Shown here in pieces: positions 29,911-39,355 of a stretch of 64,000 nt of DNA. Made by a program: the position numbers and the translations under genes. The notes under the pieces were generated by a model. That model searched no databases, had not been told where the DNA came from, and worked only from the letters and a program-made list of their open reading frames with translations. The stretch covers positions 64,001 to 128,000 of the forward strand of contig JAVZNC010000001.1 of NCBI GenBank assembly GCA_038882955.1. The letters are read 5' to 3'. This DNA comes from Candidatus Bathyarchaeia archaeon. Its GTDB lineage: Archaea; Thermoproteota; Bathyarchaeia; Bathyarchaeales; Bathycorpusculaceae. Each line of letters starts with the position of its first letter. The stretch's first letter is position 1.

Positions 29911-30957
29911 TTAATTTTTCTGAGGCGCAGATATTCTTAGTTTCGTTCGAAATCTCAGTAGAAGCGCTGCAGATATGAGAATTAACGGCAGCATTAGAAT
30001 TGGAAACTCGGGTACAACACTTGTTCCCATGATTTGAATGGGTCGTTGACTTGTGGTGAAGGTAAAGTATAGCCATGTATGCGTAGTATTCCCTCCGACT
30101 TGAGGGGTGACGAGTTCCCCGCCTACAAAAACCAGCCAGTTATCGGATGGTAGTTCAAGCCACAAGAGATCTTTTGGAATGGTAACATTAACGAAACATG
30201 TAGCACCGTCAGCTCCGGTTGCATTGAAATAAAGCATTCTATATCGCGTGTAAAGCATAATTGGAGATATTGTTGCATTACTTTCAGTAACTACGGTGAA
30301 GTTTTGGCTGTCAATAGTAATAATATGATAAAGCGTTTCTCTTTCAAATTTTAATTCATAATAACCGTGTTGTACTGTATGCGCTATTGGCTTGCCAGAT
30401 GTATCACCTGGTTTGCTTACTGTAATGTTAAGTACACAAGACAAGGATGTGCCTAGAACTGCTGGCTTGTCCAATATCTTTAGTGTTATTATTGCTGCTG
30501 CTAGTTTTCCTTCTGGGTAGCCTTCAGCCAGAGTTATATTTATGGGCGCATAGCCTCTTTCTAATGCTCTTGTTAAGTTTTGATAAGTATAGGCGTACCA
30601 GACGTGGTCTGCTGCCACTTCATTCATTAGCTGCCATATGTTTCCTGTCTCACCGGACGGTGTAACTGTTTTGAAGAGGTTTTCAGTCATATTGACCCCT
30701 TCGAGTATCGAAGAATTCCAGTATAACTTGAACTCGAAACCAGCAAGGCCTGTTATATTTGCGAGAGTTAAACTCACAGTAAAAGTATCGTTAACTGTTT
30801 TCTGCGTAATATCAAAGATGTTGTTGGGTGGATCCACAAATACTTTAGCACCGTCTGTAGCATATGCTGGAGACACCTTTGGCAACATTAGAAATGAAAA
30901 AATCATCGCAAACATCAGAGTCCACAGGAAACTTTTCACTTTTGACAAATGTTCCAT
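29911..30957 (-). CDS. Cohesin-domain surface protein with PEF-CTERM-like sorting signal
   Basis: Signal peptide; FTVSLTLANITGLAGFEFKLYWNSSIL; ends VVPEFP, TM and basic residues. Confidence 0.8.
   Translation of the reverse strand: MEHLSKVKSFLWTLMFAMIFSFLMLPKVSPAYATDGAKVFVDPPNNIFDITQKTVNDTFTVSLTLANITGLAGFEFKLYWNSSILEGVNMTENLFKTVTPSGETGNIWQLMNEVAADHVWYAYTYQNLTRALERGYAPINITLAEGYPEGKLAAAIITLKILDKPAVLGTSLSCVLNITVSKPGDTSGKPIAHTVQHGYYELKFERETLYHIITIDSQNFTVVTESNATISPIMLYTRYRMLYFNATGADGATCFVNVTIPKDLLWLELPSDNWLVFVGGELVTPQVGGNTTHTWLYFTFTTSQRPIQIMGTSVVPEFPILMLPLILISAALLLRFRTKLRISAPQKN
30485..30690. repeat. Near-identical cohesin-coding segment, copy 1 (copy 2 at 40710-40915)
   Basis: 71-nt perfect match 30485-30555 = 40710-40780, plus further identical blocks across 206 nt. 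Confidence 0.9.
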
Positions 30958-31054
30958 TTTTAAGCCCCGACACTTATGATTAGCTATCTGGTATATAATA
31001 TTTTTCGCTAAATTCGTTTAAAAGGTGGCGCCCTAATGGATTTTTATCATTCAC

Positions 31055-32326
31055 TTATTTTTTGAACTTCTTTTTCAGAAGATAAACGAATACACCAGCC
31101 CATACTAGAGGTATCAGAATGATAGTTATTATCCACCAATCGACGCTTAATGGTTCTGGCGGTTCTGCTAACGTGATCACCTTTGTTGTAGTACTAGTGT
31201 GATTTGCCTGATCTTTTACTGTTAGTGTAACATTGTATGTTCCGGGATTTCGATATAAGTGCGTCACAATAGTGCCTTTTCCGGTAAATCCATCACCGAA
31301 ATCCCAGTAATAATCAACGATTTCTGTAGTTACATCATAACTTGCAGAAGCATTAAATGTAACATTCCATTTATACGTTCCAAAGATAATTCCAGCATTA
31401 ATAACATTTTCAAACGAAGCTATAGGGGGAGTTGTGTCTACAGTAAAGTATATAGGACTTGAGGATCCTATTTGGCCTACCGTGTCGTTGGCATATACTA
31501 TTATATAATGCGATCCGTCTGGTGGGCTTATGGTTGTATTTCCATCTATTGTTACGTTTGCTTGCCCGTCCAGAACGTAACTAATCCAAACTGTTTCTTT
31601 ACTCAACGTGAATATCAGGTTGATAGGAACATTATTATAAATTATGTTTGTAGGCGATAAGATCACTATTGTTGGGGGTGGGTTACCTACAGTCACCGTA
31701 CTTTCAATCAAATTGTAATTTGCGGGTAAGGGTTTCTTTGGGTAGTCCACCACATAAACCGTCTTTTTCTGAATCGGGTCCCAGCTGCCAATTTTCAATA
31801 ATGAAAATGTTAAAGTCGCGTATCCCGTTGCTGTTGCATTTAATGTCACTACCGCTATGGTTTGGTTTCCTGATATTGGAGCATAACCCTTTTCTAAAGC
31901 TCTTGTAAGGTTCATCCACGTATAGGCATACTCTACATATCCATCAGTTACTGTATGTGATAACGCCCATATGTTAGATTGTTCACTTTCAGGAGTGCAT
32001 GCATGAAAAAGAACTTCTTCCATGTTTATTGCCTTTAGAATATTTGAATCCCAACTGATTTTAAATTGGAGACCTACAATTCCCGGATCTTGCGGCATAT
32101 TTTCAAGTTTAACGGTGATGTTAAATACGCTGCCTTCACTTACAAGTAGCGTGGCTGGATCCATTAGAATTGACGTCTCTTGTTCTTGTGCTTTTGAGAT
32201 AGAAGCGATAAAACTTAGACTAAAAATTAAAAGAATGCATATTAATGTCATTGCTGTTCGATTTTTGTTCCGTGTCGTAAGCATCGAATGTTCACCTTGA
32301 CCTACAATGGTATTTAAGTGAAACAT
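31055..32326 (-). CDS. Cohesin + Ig-like + PKD protein with C-terminal TM
   Basis: FNITVKLEN...GLQFKISWDSNIL; YANDTVG...FTVDT; WDFGDG; TM and KKKFKK. Confidence 0.8.
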   Translation of the reverse strand: MFHLNTIVGQGEHSMLTTRNKNRTAMTLICILLIFSLSFIASISKAQEQETSILMDPATLLVSEGSVFNITVKLENMPQDPGIVGLQFKISWDSNILKAINMEEVLFHACTPESEQSNIWALSHTVTDGYVEYAYTWMNLTRALEKGYAPISGNQTIAVVTLNATATGYATLTFSLLKIGSWDPIQKKTVYVVDYPKKPLPANYNLIESTVTVGNPPPTIVILSPTNIIYNNVPINLIFTLSKETVWISYVLDGQANVTIDGNTTISPPDGSHYIIVYANDTVGQIGSSSPIYFTVDTTPPIASFENVINAGIIFGTYKWNVTFNASASYDVTTEIVDYYWDFGDGFTGKGTIVTHLYRNPGTYNVTLTVKDQANHTSTTTKVITLAEPPEPLSVDWWIITIILIPLVWAGVFVYLLKKKFKK

Positions 32327-32394
32327 TTAAGACTTTCGCAGTTCCCTTTCGTGAATGAAATGTCATAAAATTAAAAAATATTTGGGAATTGAAG

Positions 32395-34284
32395 CTACAC
32401 TGTCTTGCCGAAATTTTTGGAAAGCAGAATCATATCGAATATGTCGACTATGTCATCGCCATTTATATCACAATCGGGATTCCAGTTAGGCATTCCAGGA
32501 TTAGTTCCGAAGGCGTTTGAGGCCAGCAATGCATCTAGAACATCGACGATGTCGTCTCCGTTAATGTCGCCGGGGATCTTTATTTTTACAGTTCCATCAA
32601 AGAAGATGTTGTCTGTTATGTCTAGTTCATAAGGAACGGAGGGAACTTCGGCTTTAATTGTGTGATTTCCGAAAGGAACACCGTTAGTGCTCCATGTGAT
32701 TGTTTCTGTTGCATCCTCGCTTGGAGGCAGATCAGTTATATTAATTGTCATTATTATGGTATCGTCATAATAGATTTTTATGCTAAAGGTTTCTGTGATG
32801 TTACCTTCATTTCTTACAGTTACTGTGATGTTTGCTTTTTGGCCTTGATATACTGCTGTTGGATACGCGTAGAGATCAACAATTGCTATGTCTCGTATTA
32901 GACTTTGGAAAAAGCCATTGTATGTTTCGTGGGCGATCGGTTGTCCTATTGAGTTTATGAGTTTGGTGTTGCAGAGGGTCAGATTGCTTGAGCCTATAGC
33001 CTTAACTCTGAATTTGATGCTCGCTAGGGGGGTTTGTGCGTAGATGTTTAGGGGTGTGGCTGGCGGGTAGTAGGTTACGTTTATGGTTATGAAGCCTTTT
33101 AGGTTATCAATGTATTGGTTCGGTATGTAGTTTGTCTCGTTTAAGACATCGTGGATGGTTATTTGGAGGCAGATAAGTACATTTGGATTGAAGGTTAAGT
33201 TGAACTCGTATCCGTAAAGGTCTTCTACATCAGCAATGGTTACATTGATCGTGAATGTTGATGGAGGAAGCAATGTTGGATCAATTATTTCTTCTGGTTG
33301 CACGGCAAGTTTTGCTAATAATATGTTGTTGAAACTGCCACTTGAAGCTGTGTGCGGTAGGGGTTGACCTATTATGTCGAATAGTTTTGTGTCATAGAGG
33401 TTTAGAGGTGATTTCCCTAGACCTTCTACGTGGAATGTTATTATGGCTAAGGAGCCGTTGCCGCTGAGGGATGTCCCAAGTGAGACGTTAAATCGCATAT
33501 ACCCAGCAGCGTTGTTTATTTCGATGTTTGGAGTTACGGAAGGTGGAATGAAGTCACCTTGTTCGGCTTTTACCACGCTTAGTATACTGTTGTCGAAGCC
33601 TAATTTGAATTCGACACTGTAGATGTCAGTGGCTTTGCTGATGTTAACGTTAATTGTGAAATTGTGGCATGGCGTAAGGGTTATGTCGAAAATTTTTGGT
33701 GGATCTACGAAAAGTAATGCTGGTAAGGGTGGTGGAGAATTTTGGAAGTAGCCGTCAAATGCTTCGTGTGCGATCGGTTTACCTTTTGGATCTCCAAGTT
33801 TTGTGTTAGTTAGATCTAGAATTGTTTTTCCCACACCTTTTACTTTAAGCGTTATTATTGCGGCTGTATGATTGCCGGATATCGGTGCATATCCTTTTTC
33901 TAACGCTCGTGTTATGTTCATCCATGTGTAGGCGTACTCTGCATAACTTGCGGTTACATCATGGGCTAGCGGCCATATGTTACTTTTTTCGTTTGGTGGG
34001 GTTACGGAGTTGAATAAAATTTCTGTCATGCTTACTCCTTCTAGGATTGTGGGATTCCAAGTAATTTTGAATTGTAGTCCTACTAGTCCTGGATCTTGAG
34101 GTATGTTCTCGATTTTTACGGTTATGTTGAAGGTTTTACCCGGAGTTAGTGTTTGGTCGATTATTGATGACGGGACTATGTAGATTTTTGTATTTTGGGC
34201 GTATACTTTTGTTGGTGTTGTGAAGATGTAAAGAAGGGATAGCGCGAGAATCGTGAGGATTATTCCTTTTATTTTTTGTTGCAT
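32395..34284 (-). CDS. Scaffoldin-like protein: 3 cohesins + CARDB + dockerin
   Basis: Three F(N/T)I(T/N)V...(Q/E)F.(I/L).(W/F)(N/D)..(I/V)L modules; DIAIV...VRNEG CARDB; duplicated DINGDDIVD..D dockerin at the C-terminus. Confidence 0.85.
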   Translation of the reverse strand: MQQKIKGIILTILALSLLYIFTTPTKVYAQNTKIYIVPSSIIDQTLTPGKTFNITVKIENIPQDPGLVGLQFKITWNPTILEGVSMTEILFNSVTPPNEKSNIWPLAHDVTASYAEYAYTWMNITRALEKGYAPISGNHTAAIITLKVKGVGKTILDLTNTKLGDPKGKPIAHEAFDGYFQNSPPPLPALLFVDPPKIFDITLTPCHNFTINVNISKATDIYSVEFKLGFDNSILSVVKAEQGDFIPPSVTPNIEINNAAGYMRFNVSLGTSLSGNGSLAIITFHVEGLGKSPLNLYDTKLFDIIGQPLPHTASSGSFNNILLAKLAVQPEEIIDPTLLPPSTFTINVTIADVEDLYGYEFNLTFNPNVLICLQITIHDVLNETNYIPNQYIDNLKGFITINVTYYPPATPLNIYAQTPLASIKFRVKAIGSSNLTLCNTKLINSIGQPIAHETYNGFFQSLIRDIAIVDLYAYPTAVYQGQKANITVTVRNEGNITETFSIKIYYDDTIIMTINITDLPPSEDATETITWSTNGVPFGNHTIKAEVPSVPYELDITDNIFFDGTVKIKIPGDINGDDIVDVLDALLASNAFGTNPGMPNWNPDCDINGDDIVDIFDMILLSKNFGKTV

Positions 34285-34336
34285 TCTCCTCTCCCCTTTG
34301 TAATTATTAAATTGTTTTTGGGGATTATAAATATTC

Positions 34337-34351
34337 TGGAATTGTTTTCTA
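34337..34351 (-). promoter_or_regulatory. Shared operator copy 2 (TGGAA TTGTT TTCTA)
   Basis: 5 nt upstream of TTTATAA of the scaffoldin gene; overlaps the stop codon of the upstream gene. Confidence 0.65.
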
Positions 34352-36388
34352 TGATTTTTTATTTGGGTATATTTTGTCTTTTAGGTTGTAGCCGTAGTAC
34401 CATGCTGTCCATCCGTTGTGGAAGGCTTCCGTTTCTTCTCTTTTCCTTTTTCTGTGGTAGAGCCAAATTATTAGCAAAAATATTAGGAGTAAGAGTAATA
34501 TGAGTAGCCAGTAGAACCATTCTGGGATGAACCAGCCTTTTGGTGGGGTCGAGATTGTTATTGTGCCGTTTGTGAGGTAGTTGTCTTCTGTGTCTTCTTC
34601 GTCTTGGACTGGCGTTGCGAACGCGCTTAGGATGTAGTTGCCTTCTGTTATGTTTTTGGTGTTCCAAAGGAAAGTTAGTATCGTTGTGCTGTTTGATGTT
34701 AGATTGTTTACTGTCTGGGTTTCGATGGCTGTTGTGTTGTGGTAGACTGTTACTTGGAATGATTCATCGTAATTTCCTTCGTTTTTGGCGACTACTTGGA
34801 TGGTTATTGTTTCTCCGATGTATGCTGTTTGGGTTGATGGTTGGATGCTTAGGAGGGCGATGTCATGTATTGGGGTTTTAACTCGCACTATTCCGTTTGT
34901 GAAGTTGTTGTCGGATATATCGATTTCGCCTTGGACAGGTTCTGCGTAGGCGCTTATTTCATAAAAACCCTCATCCACACCAAAAGTAACCCAAACGAAA
35001 GATAGTGTTGCTTGGATCCCGGATGAAAGATTTACTATTTGACAAGTTTCAATTAAATTTAAGTTTTGATACTCAATTTTTCTATAATAAATACTTAAAT
35101 TGAATGTCTCTGGAACTGTTCCTTCGTTTATAACATCGACGTTTATGTGAAGCGATTCGCCGACATATAAGCTTTCATTTGAGATTGTGATGTTTACAAT
35201 GGCAATATCATGAATAAAAGGTGGAATTTCTTGTTTAATTTCGATAATTCCATCAAGAAACCTATTGTCTGTTTTATCTGTTTCGTTGGTTAAGTAAGGA
35301 ATAAAGGCAATTACCGTGTAATTTCCAGTCTTAAGAGAGGATGTATTAGCAATGAAGTTTAAGGCTATTCTTGAATATGGCGTAAGTTTGGTTACTTCTA
35401 TATTTTCAATGAGGGTATCGTTAAAATATGTTATTACGTCAAAACTCTCAATTTCCGTTCCCTCGTTTTGAACAAATACAGTTATATTCACAAGCTGACC
35501 TTGATTGACAGATCTGGCTGAAGAAATTACTCTTGTGATGGCTACGTCGTGGAAACATAATGCCAATGGTGGTGAAGGCGTAATAAAAAATTCTACCGAT
35601 ACGGCAGGACTATAAGGGATTCCACCTTCATTTATTGATTTTGTGAGTGGAACTACACTTGCGATTGCTTTTCCTATGTGTGACCATTTAGGAATATATG
35701 CCTTACAATATAATATTACTGGTTTCTCATTGGGATAAACTTCAAAATTAGGTACTATAGAGAAGTTGACGGGTACTCCTACCTCGTCTTGTATGGTTAT
35801 GGCGAGTGTGACATTCTTTTCTATCATCGCCATATTTTTTAGCGCAATCTCTAGTCCTACGTCACCCTCAATTCCGAAAAATGCTTGGTAATTGTTATTT
35901 TCGTTAATGGTTCGGACTTGTATTATTTTTACAATATAATCTACTTTAAAGGTGAGTGTATCTTGAACGACTTTGTTTCCAACGATAGTGATGGCTAGAA
36001 CAAACCATTCTCCAAAAAATTCGGTTTCGTTTTCACATTTTTGGGGTATTGTGAAATTAGTTGTTGCAATACCACTTGCATTTGTTACACCGAAGAGAGT
36101 GAAATAGGTTCCTTCAGGGACTCGTATGTGAAAAGATACGAAATAATTTTCGCGGGGATATCCGTTATATGTAACTAGGGCAAATAAAATAACGGCTTCG
36201 TTAGGACCAAATGAGTCGCTTGGCGTATTCGGCCCTCTTCCACAGTATGGTTCTTTTTGTGTGAACACGTCAATTTCTTCAATAGCATCTTCAGAAAAAA
36301 TTAAAACCATGTTTCTTGATACTCCATCGATAAGAATCAGCATCATTATTGCCAAGGCTAACGTTTTCGGTAGAGTTTTCATCATCAT
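34349..36388 (-). CDS. Surface protein: uncharacterised IDxFTQ module + 3 CARDB + TM
   Basis: Signal peptide; three HD(V/I)A...NEG CARDB repeats; TM followed by a cytoplasmic tail containing GWTAWYYGY. Confidence 0.82.
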   Translation of the reverse strand: MMMKTLPKTLALAIMMLILIDGVSRNMVLIFSEDAIEEIDVFTQKEPYCGRGPNTPSDSFGPNEAVILFALVTYNGYPRENYFVSFHIRVPEGTYFTLFGVTNASGIATTNFTIPQKCENETEFFGEWFVLAITIVGNKVVQDTLTFKVDYIVKIIQVRTINENNNYQAFFGIEGDVGLEIALKNMAMIEKNVTLAITIQDEVGVPVNFSIVPNFEVYPNEKPVILYCKAYIPKWSHIGKAIASVVPLTKSINEGGIPYSPAVSVEFFITPSPPLALCFHDVAITRVISSARSVNQGQLVNITVFVQNEGTEIESFDVITYFNDTLIENIEVTKLTPYSRIALNFIANTSSLKTGNYTVIAFIPYLTNETDKTDNRFLDGIIEIKQEIPPFIHDIAIVNITISNESLYVGESLHINVDVINEGTVPETFNLSIYYRKIEYQNLNLIETCQIVNLSSGIQATLSFVWVTFGVDEGFYEISAYAEPVQGEIDISDNNFTNGIVRVKTPIHDIALLSIQPSTQTAYIGETITIQVVAKNEGNYDESFQVTVYHNTTAIETQTVNNLTSNSTTILTFLWNTKNITEGNYILSAFATPVQDEEDTEDNYLTNGTITISTPPKGWFIPEWFYWLLILLLLLIFLLIIWLYHRKRKREETEAFHNGWTAWYYGYNLKDKIYPNKKS

Positions 36389-36511
36389 CGCATATTATTA
36401 CTCTATCTTGACTTCTTTAATGGTATTCTTTAATCAGAAATATTACTATGATAGATATCAGTTCACGAATTTCGTTGGGTTAATTTTGTCACTGATTGGA
36501 TGGTTTTGCAA

Positions 36512-38113
36512 TTAGATTGATTCTCCATAATGCGCTGAGAGGATGATTGCGTCGAATATGTCTATTTCTCCTGAGTTGTCGAGGTCTGCGTTGGGGTTCC
36601 AGTTTGGGTTGCCGGGTTTGGCGCCGAAAGATATGCTTAACAATATAGCGTCGAATATATCCACTGTTCCGTCACCATTAATGTCGCCTAGTAACGCGAT
36701 AAAACGAACTATTACAATTTTTGTTTCATTATCTTTAAGTCCACCAGCATCGGTTATCGTTAGCGTTACTGTATAGTTTGCTTCCGCTGAATATTTGTGA
36801 GTTATTGTGGGGTAATTTCCGCTTGTTATGTTTCCGTCTCCAAAGTTCCATTCATAATTAACTATCGGTGGGCTAGCTGTTCCATTCCAGCCCAGTTTCG
36901 AACTTGTAGCATCGAAGGTTACGGTTTGATTTACGAGTGGAGTTGATGGGTACCATATGAAGTTGGCGGTGGGTCCTGTTGGAGGAAGTATTGTTATAGG
37001 TTTGGATGTTATAGACCACAAGCCTTCACTATCTGTGACATTGAGTGTAACAATGTAGGTGTTAACTTGCGTAAACGTATGGTTGATTGTAGGAGTCGTT
37101 TTGGATTCTTTTGGTGTGCCGTCACCGAAGTCCCATTCATATTTGACTATTGTGTCGTTGTATCCTTCTGCTGTTGATGATGAGGCATCGAAAGCGATGC
37201 TCATGTTAACGTAGGGTTCAAGTGGTGTATAAAAGAATGAAGCTTGAGGTGGAGAGGGTGATGACTCAACTTGGAAGGTTGTTGCATTTTGGATTAATGT
37301 TGAGTCTTTGCTGGTGCTTGTATAGATTGTGTAGATTCCTGATTTTGACTCGGGATGCAGTCTCAAGTTTGTCAAAAAGGTTCCTTCATTTGTAGGTGGG
37401 GTGCTTGGAGGAGTTGTGGAATAGGAAAGTTCTGGGTTTCTTTTAATTTCGAAGGATACAGATTTTTCTGGACAATATGGAATCCCGCCGTCTTTCGGGA
37501 GATTTGAATATATATTGGCAAATATTGTTGCATTTCCTGGATATGCCCATGGGTCTAGGCGTGTTGCCATAAATGAAAAGGTTCTGCTTTCTCCAGGGTT
37601 AAGTGTGGGGTTCATTGGATACCAGACGCCAAGGGGGATGTTGTTTCCATCATAAAGGGTTAAGGCAACCAGCGCACTGTGAGGTTGGCTATCAAAGTTT
37701 TTGATTGTGCCTCTTATGTAGAGGATTTGTTTTACAATAAAGGAGTATTTTGGATTTCCATCTATAGAGTCTGTTGGATAAAGACTTACAAAGTTTACTG
37801 GCCACGTGGTTGCAGAGATATTTCCTGTAGGCACTGTTCGAAAGATGATGGGTAAATTAGAAGGATTTCGTATTTCTACGGCTACGAGGGCATTTGAAAT
37901 TGGTGTTCCATCCTGTTTTAACGCCCCTTGGATTAGTATGTTTTCCCTTATGTAATATGCTGGTTTGTTTGTTGAAACGGCAAGGTAAAGTGGATCGCTT
38001 GATTGTGATGAGTGACATATTGGTAATTTTATAATTATTAGTATGGAGAATAGTAAACAAGTGGATAATACTTTTTTTAATTGCAACAATCCGTCACTCC
38101 TTTTAAAAAGCAT
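36512..38113 (-). CDS. Secreted protein: Ig-like module + 2 PKD + dockerin
   Basis: STNKPAY start, two W(D/N)FGDG motifs, GDINGDGTVDIFD...DLDNSGEIDIFD. Confidence 0.85.
   Translation of the reverse strand: MLFKRSDGLLQLKKVLSTCLLFSILIIIKLPICHSSQSSDPLYLAVSTNKPAYYIRENILIQGALKQDGTPISNALVAVEIRNPSNLPIIFRTVPTGNISATTWPVNFVSLYPTDSIDGNPKYSFIVKQILYIRGTIKNFDSQPHSALVALTLYDGNNIPLGVWYPMNPTLNPGESRTFSFMATRLDPWAYPGNATIFANIYSNLPKDGGIPYCPEKSVSFEIKRNPELSYSTTPPSTPPTNEGTFLTNLRLHPESKSGIYTIYTSTSKDSTLIQNATTFQVESSPSPPQASFFYTPLEPYVNMSIAFDASSSTAEGYNDTIVKYEWDFGDGTPKESKTTPTINHTFTQVNTYIVTLNVTDSEGLWSITSKPITILPPTGPTANFIWYPSTPLVNQTVTFDATSSKLGWNGTASPPIVNYEWNFGDGNITSGNYPTITHKYSAEANYTVTLTITDAGGLKDNETKIVIVRFIALLGDINGDGTVDIFDAILLSISFGAKPGNPNWNPNADLDNSGEIDIFDAIILSAHYGESI
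36521..36592. repeat. Identical dockerin-coding segment, copy 1 (copy 2 at 38238-38309)
   Basis: 72-nt exact match read from the sequence. Confidence 0.9.
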
Positions 38114-38140
38114 TATTGATATGAAAACTAATAAGGTTTC

Positions 38141-38155
38141 TGGAATTATTTTCTA
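38141..38155 (-). promoter_or_regulatory. Shared operator copy 3 (TGGAA TTATT TTCTA)
   Basis: 5 nt upstream of CTTATTA; part of a 25-nt identity with 39284-39308. Confidence 0.65.
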
Positions 38156-38225
38156 CTTTGTGTTGAAAACTTAAAACGGAGAAGCTTTACCTTTTCTAGC
38201 GTTTGAATAATCCGTTTATTGATAT

Positions 38226-39248
38226 TTAAAGCGCTTCTTCTCCATAATGCGCTGAGAGGATGATTGCGTCGAATATGTCTATTTCTCCTGAGTTGTCGAG
38301 GTCTGCGTTTGGGTTCCATTTTGGATCACCATTATGTGAGCCATAAGCTATTGACATTAAAATGGCATCGAAAATATCAACTACTTTATCTCCGTTTATA
38401 TCGCCGATTAGAACGACTTCAAATGTTTTATTGGTTGTGGCTATTTGTCCTTCACTGTAAGCGCTTGCATAAACTGTGTAGTTGCCTATGCGGGCGTCCG
38501 TTTTGGGCAGCCGTAAAGATAGTTCGTATGTCCCCGCATCGAATGTTTCAGCATATTGGATTAGGTTTGAGGTTGAGGATGAAGTTGAGCTTGTAATTGT
38601 GAATGTTGCTGTTCTTTCTGGGCAGTATGGGTAACCACCGTTTTTTGGGAAATCCGTGTAAGCGTTGGCGTACAATGTGGCGGTTCCAAGGGCGGCTGAT
38701 GATGGAATTTTATCTGCGAAAAAAAGGACACTTTTGGAGGCGCCTGGTTCTAGGGTTGTGGTCAGGGGGTACCATGAGCCTATGGGAACCATGTTGGCGT
38801 CAAAAAGGGTTATACAGGCTATGACTGCGTGGCTGCTGATTGTGTCAAAGTTTTTAATTTCAAAAAATATGTAGAGGTTGTTTCCTCTTTTGAAACTGTA
38901 TTTTGGGTATCCGTTGGAGTCACATGAGAACAGTTGTGTATAGTTTACAAGCCAGTTTTCAGAAGTTATGGTGCCTGAGGGTCTTGTTCTAAATGCGAAG
39001 GGCAGGTTTGCTGGATCCCTAATTTCGATTCCAATAACTGTGTTGACTGATATGTTGTATGGTTGCCATTTTAGGGTTCCGTTTATGTATACGTTTTCGT
39101 TTAGGCCGTATCTATGTTTGTCTGTGGATACCGTTATTTCAAGTGTGACAACGGCGCTTAATGTTGGTTTTGCACATATGATAAGAAACAGTATTATAAG
39201 TAGTAACCATGTTTGTAAATGCGACTTTCTGATTGTTTTGGTGTACAT
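38226..39248 (-). CDS. Secreted protein: Ig-like module + dockerin (paralog of 36512..38113)
   Basis: Shared EIR.P.NLP..FRT.P.G, PKYSF and PK.GG.PYCPE motifs; C-terminal dockerin. Confidence 0.85.
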   Translation of the reverse strand: MYTKTIRKSHLQTWLLLIILFLIICAKPTLSAVVTLEITVSTDKHRYGLNENVYINGTLKWQPYNISVNTVIGIEIRDPANLPFAFRTRPSGTITSENWLVNYTQLFSCDSNGYPKYSFKRGNNLYIFFEIKNFDTISSHAVIACITLFDANMVPIGSWYPLTTTLEPGASKSVLFFADKIPSSAALGTATLYANAYTDFPKNGGYPYCPERTATFTITSSTSSSTSNLIQYAETFDAGTYELSLRLPKTDARIGNYTVYASAYSEGQIATTNKTFEVVLIGDINGDKVVDIFDAILMSIAYGSHNGDPKWNPNADLDNSGEIDIFDAIILSAHYGEEAL

Positions 39249-39293
39249 ATTGTTCTAGTTCTAGTTATTCTTAATTCTTCACTATAAGGTTTC

Positions 39294-39308
39294 TGGAATT
39301 ATTTTCTA
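39294..39308 (-). promoter_or_regulatory. Shared operator copy 4 (TGGAA TTATT TTCTA)
   Basis: 5 nt upstream of CTTATAG. Confidence 0.65.
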
Positions 39309-39355
39309 TCTTGTTGAAAATTTAGAATTAAAAAAAGAGGGGAAGTTTTGTTTGT

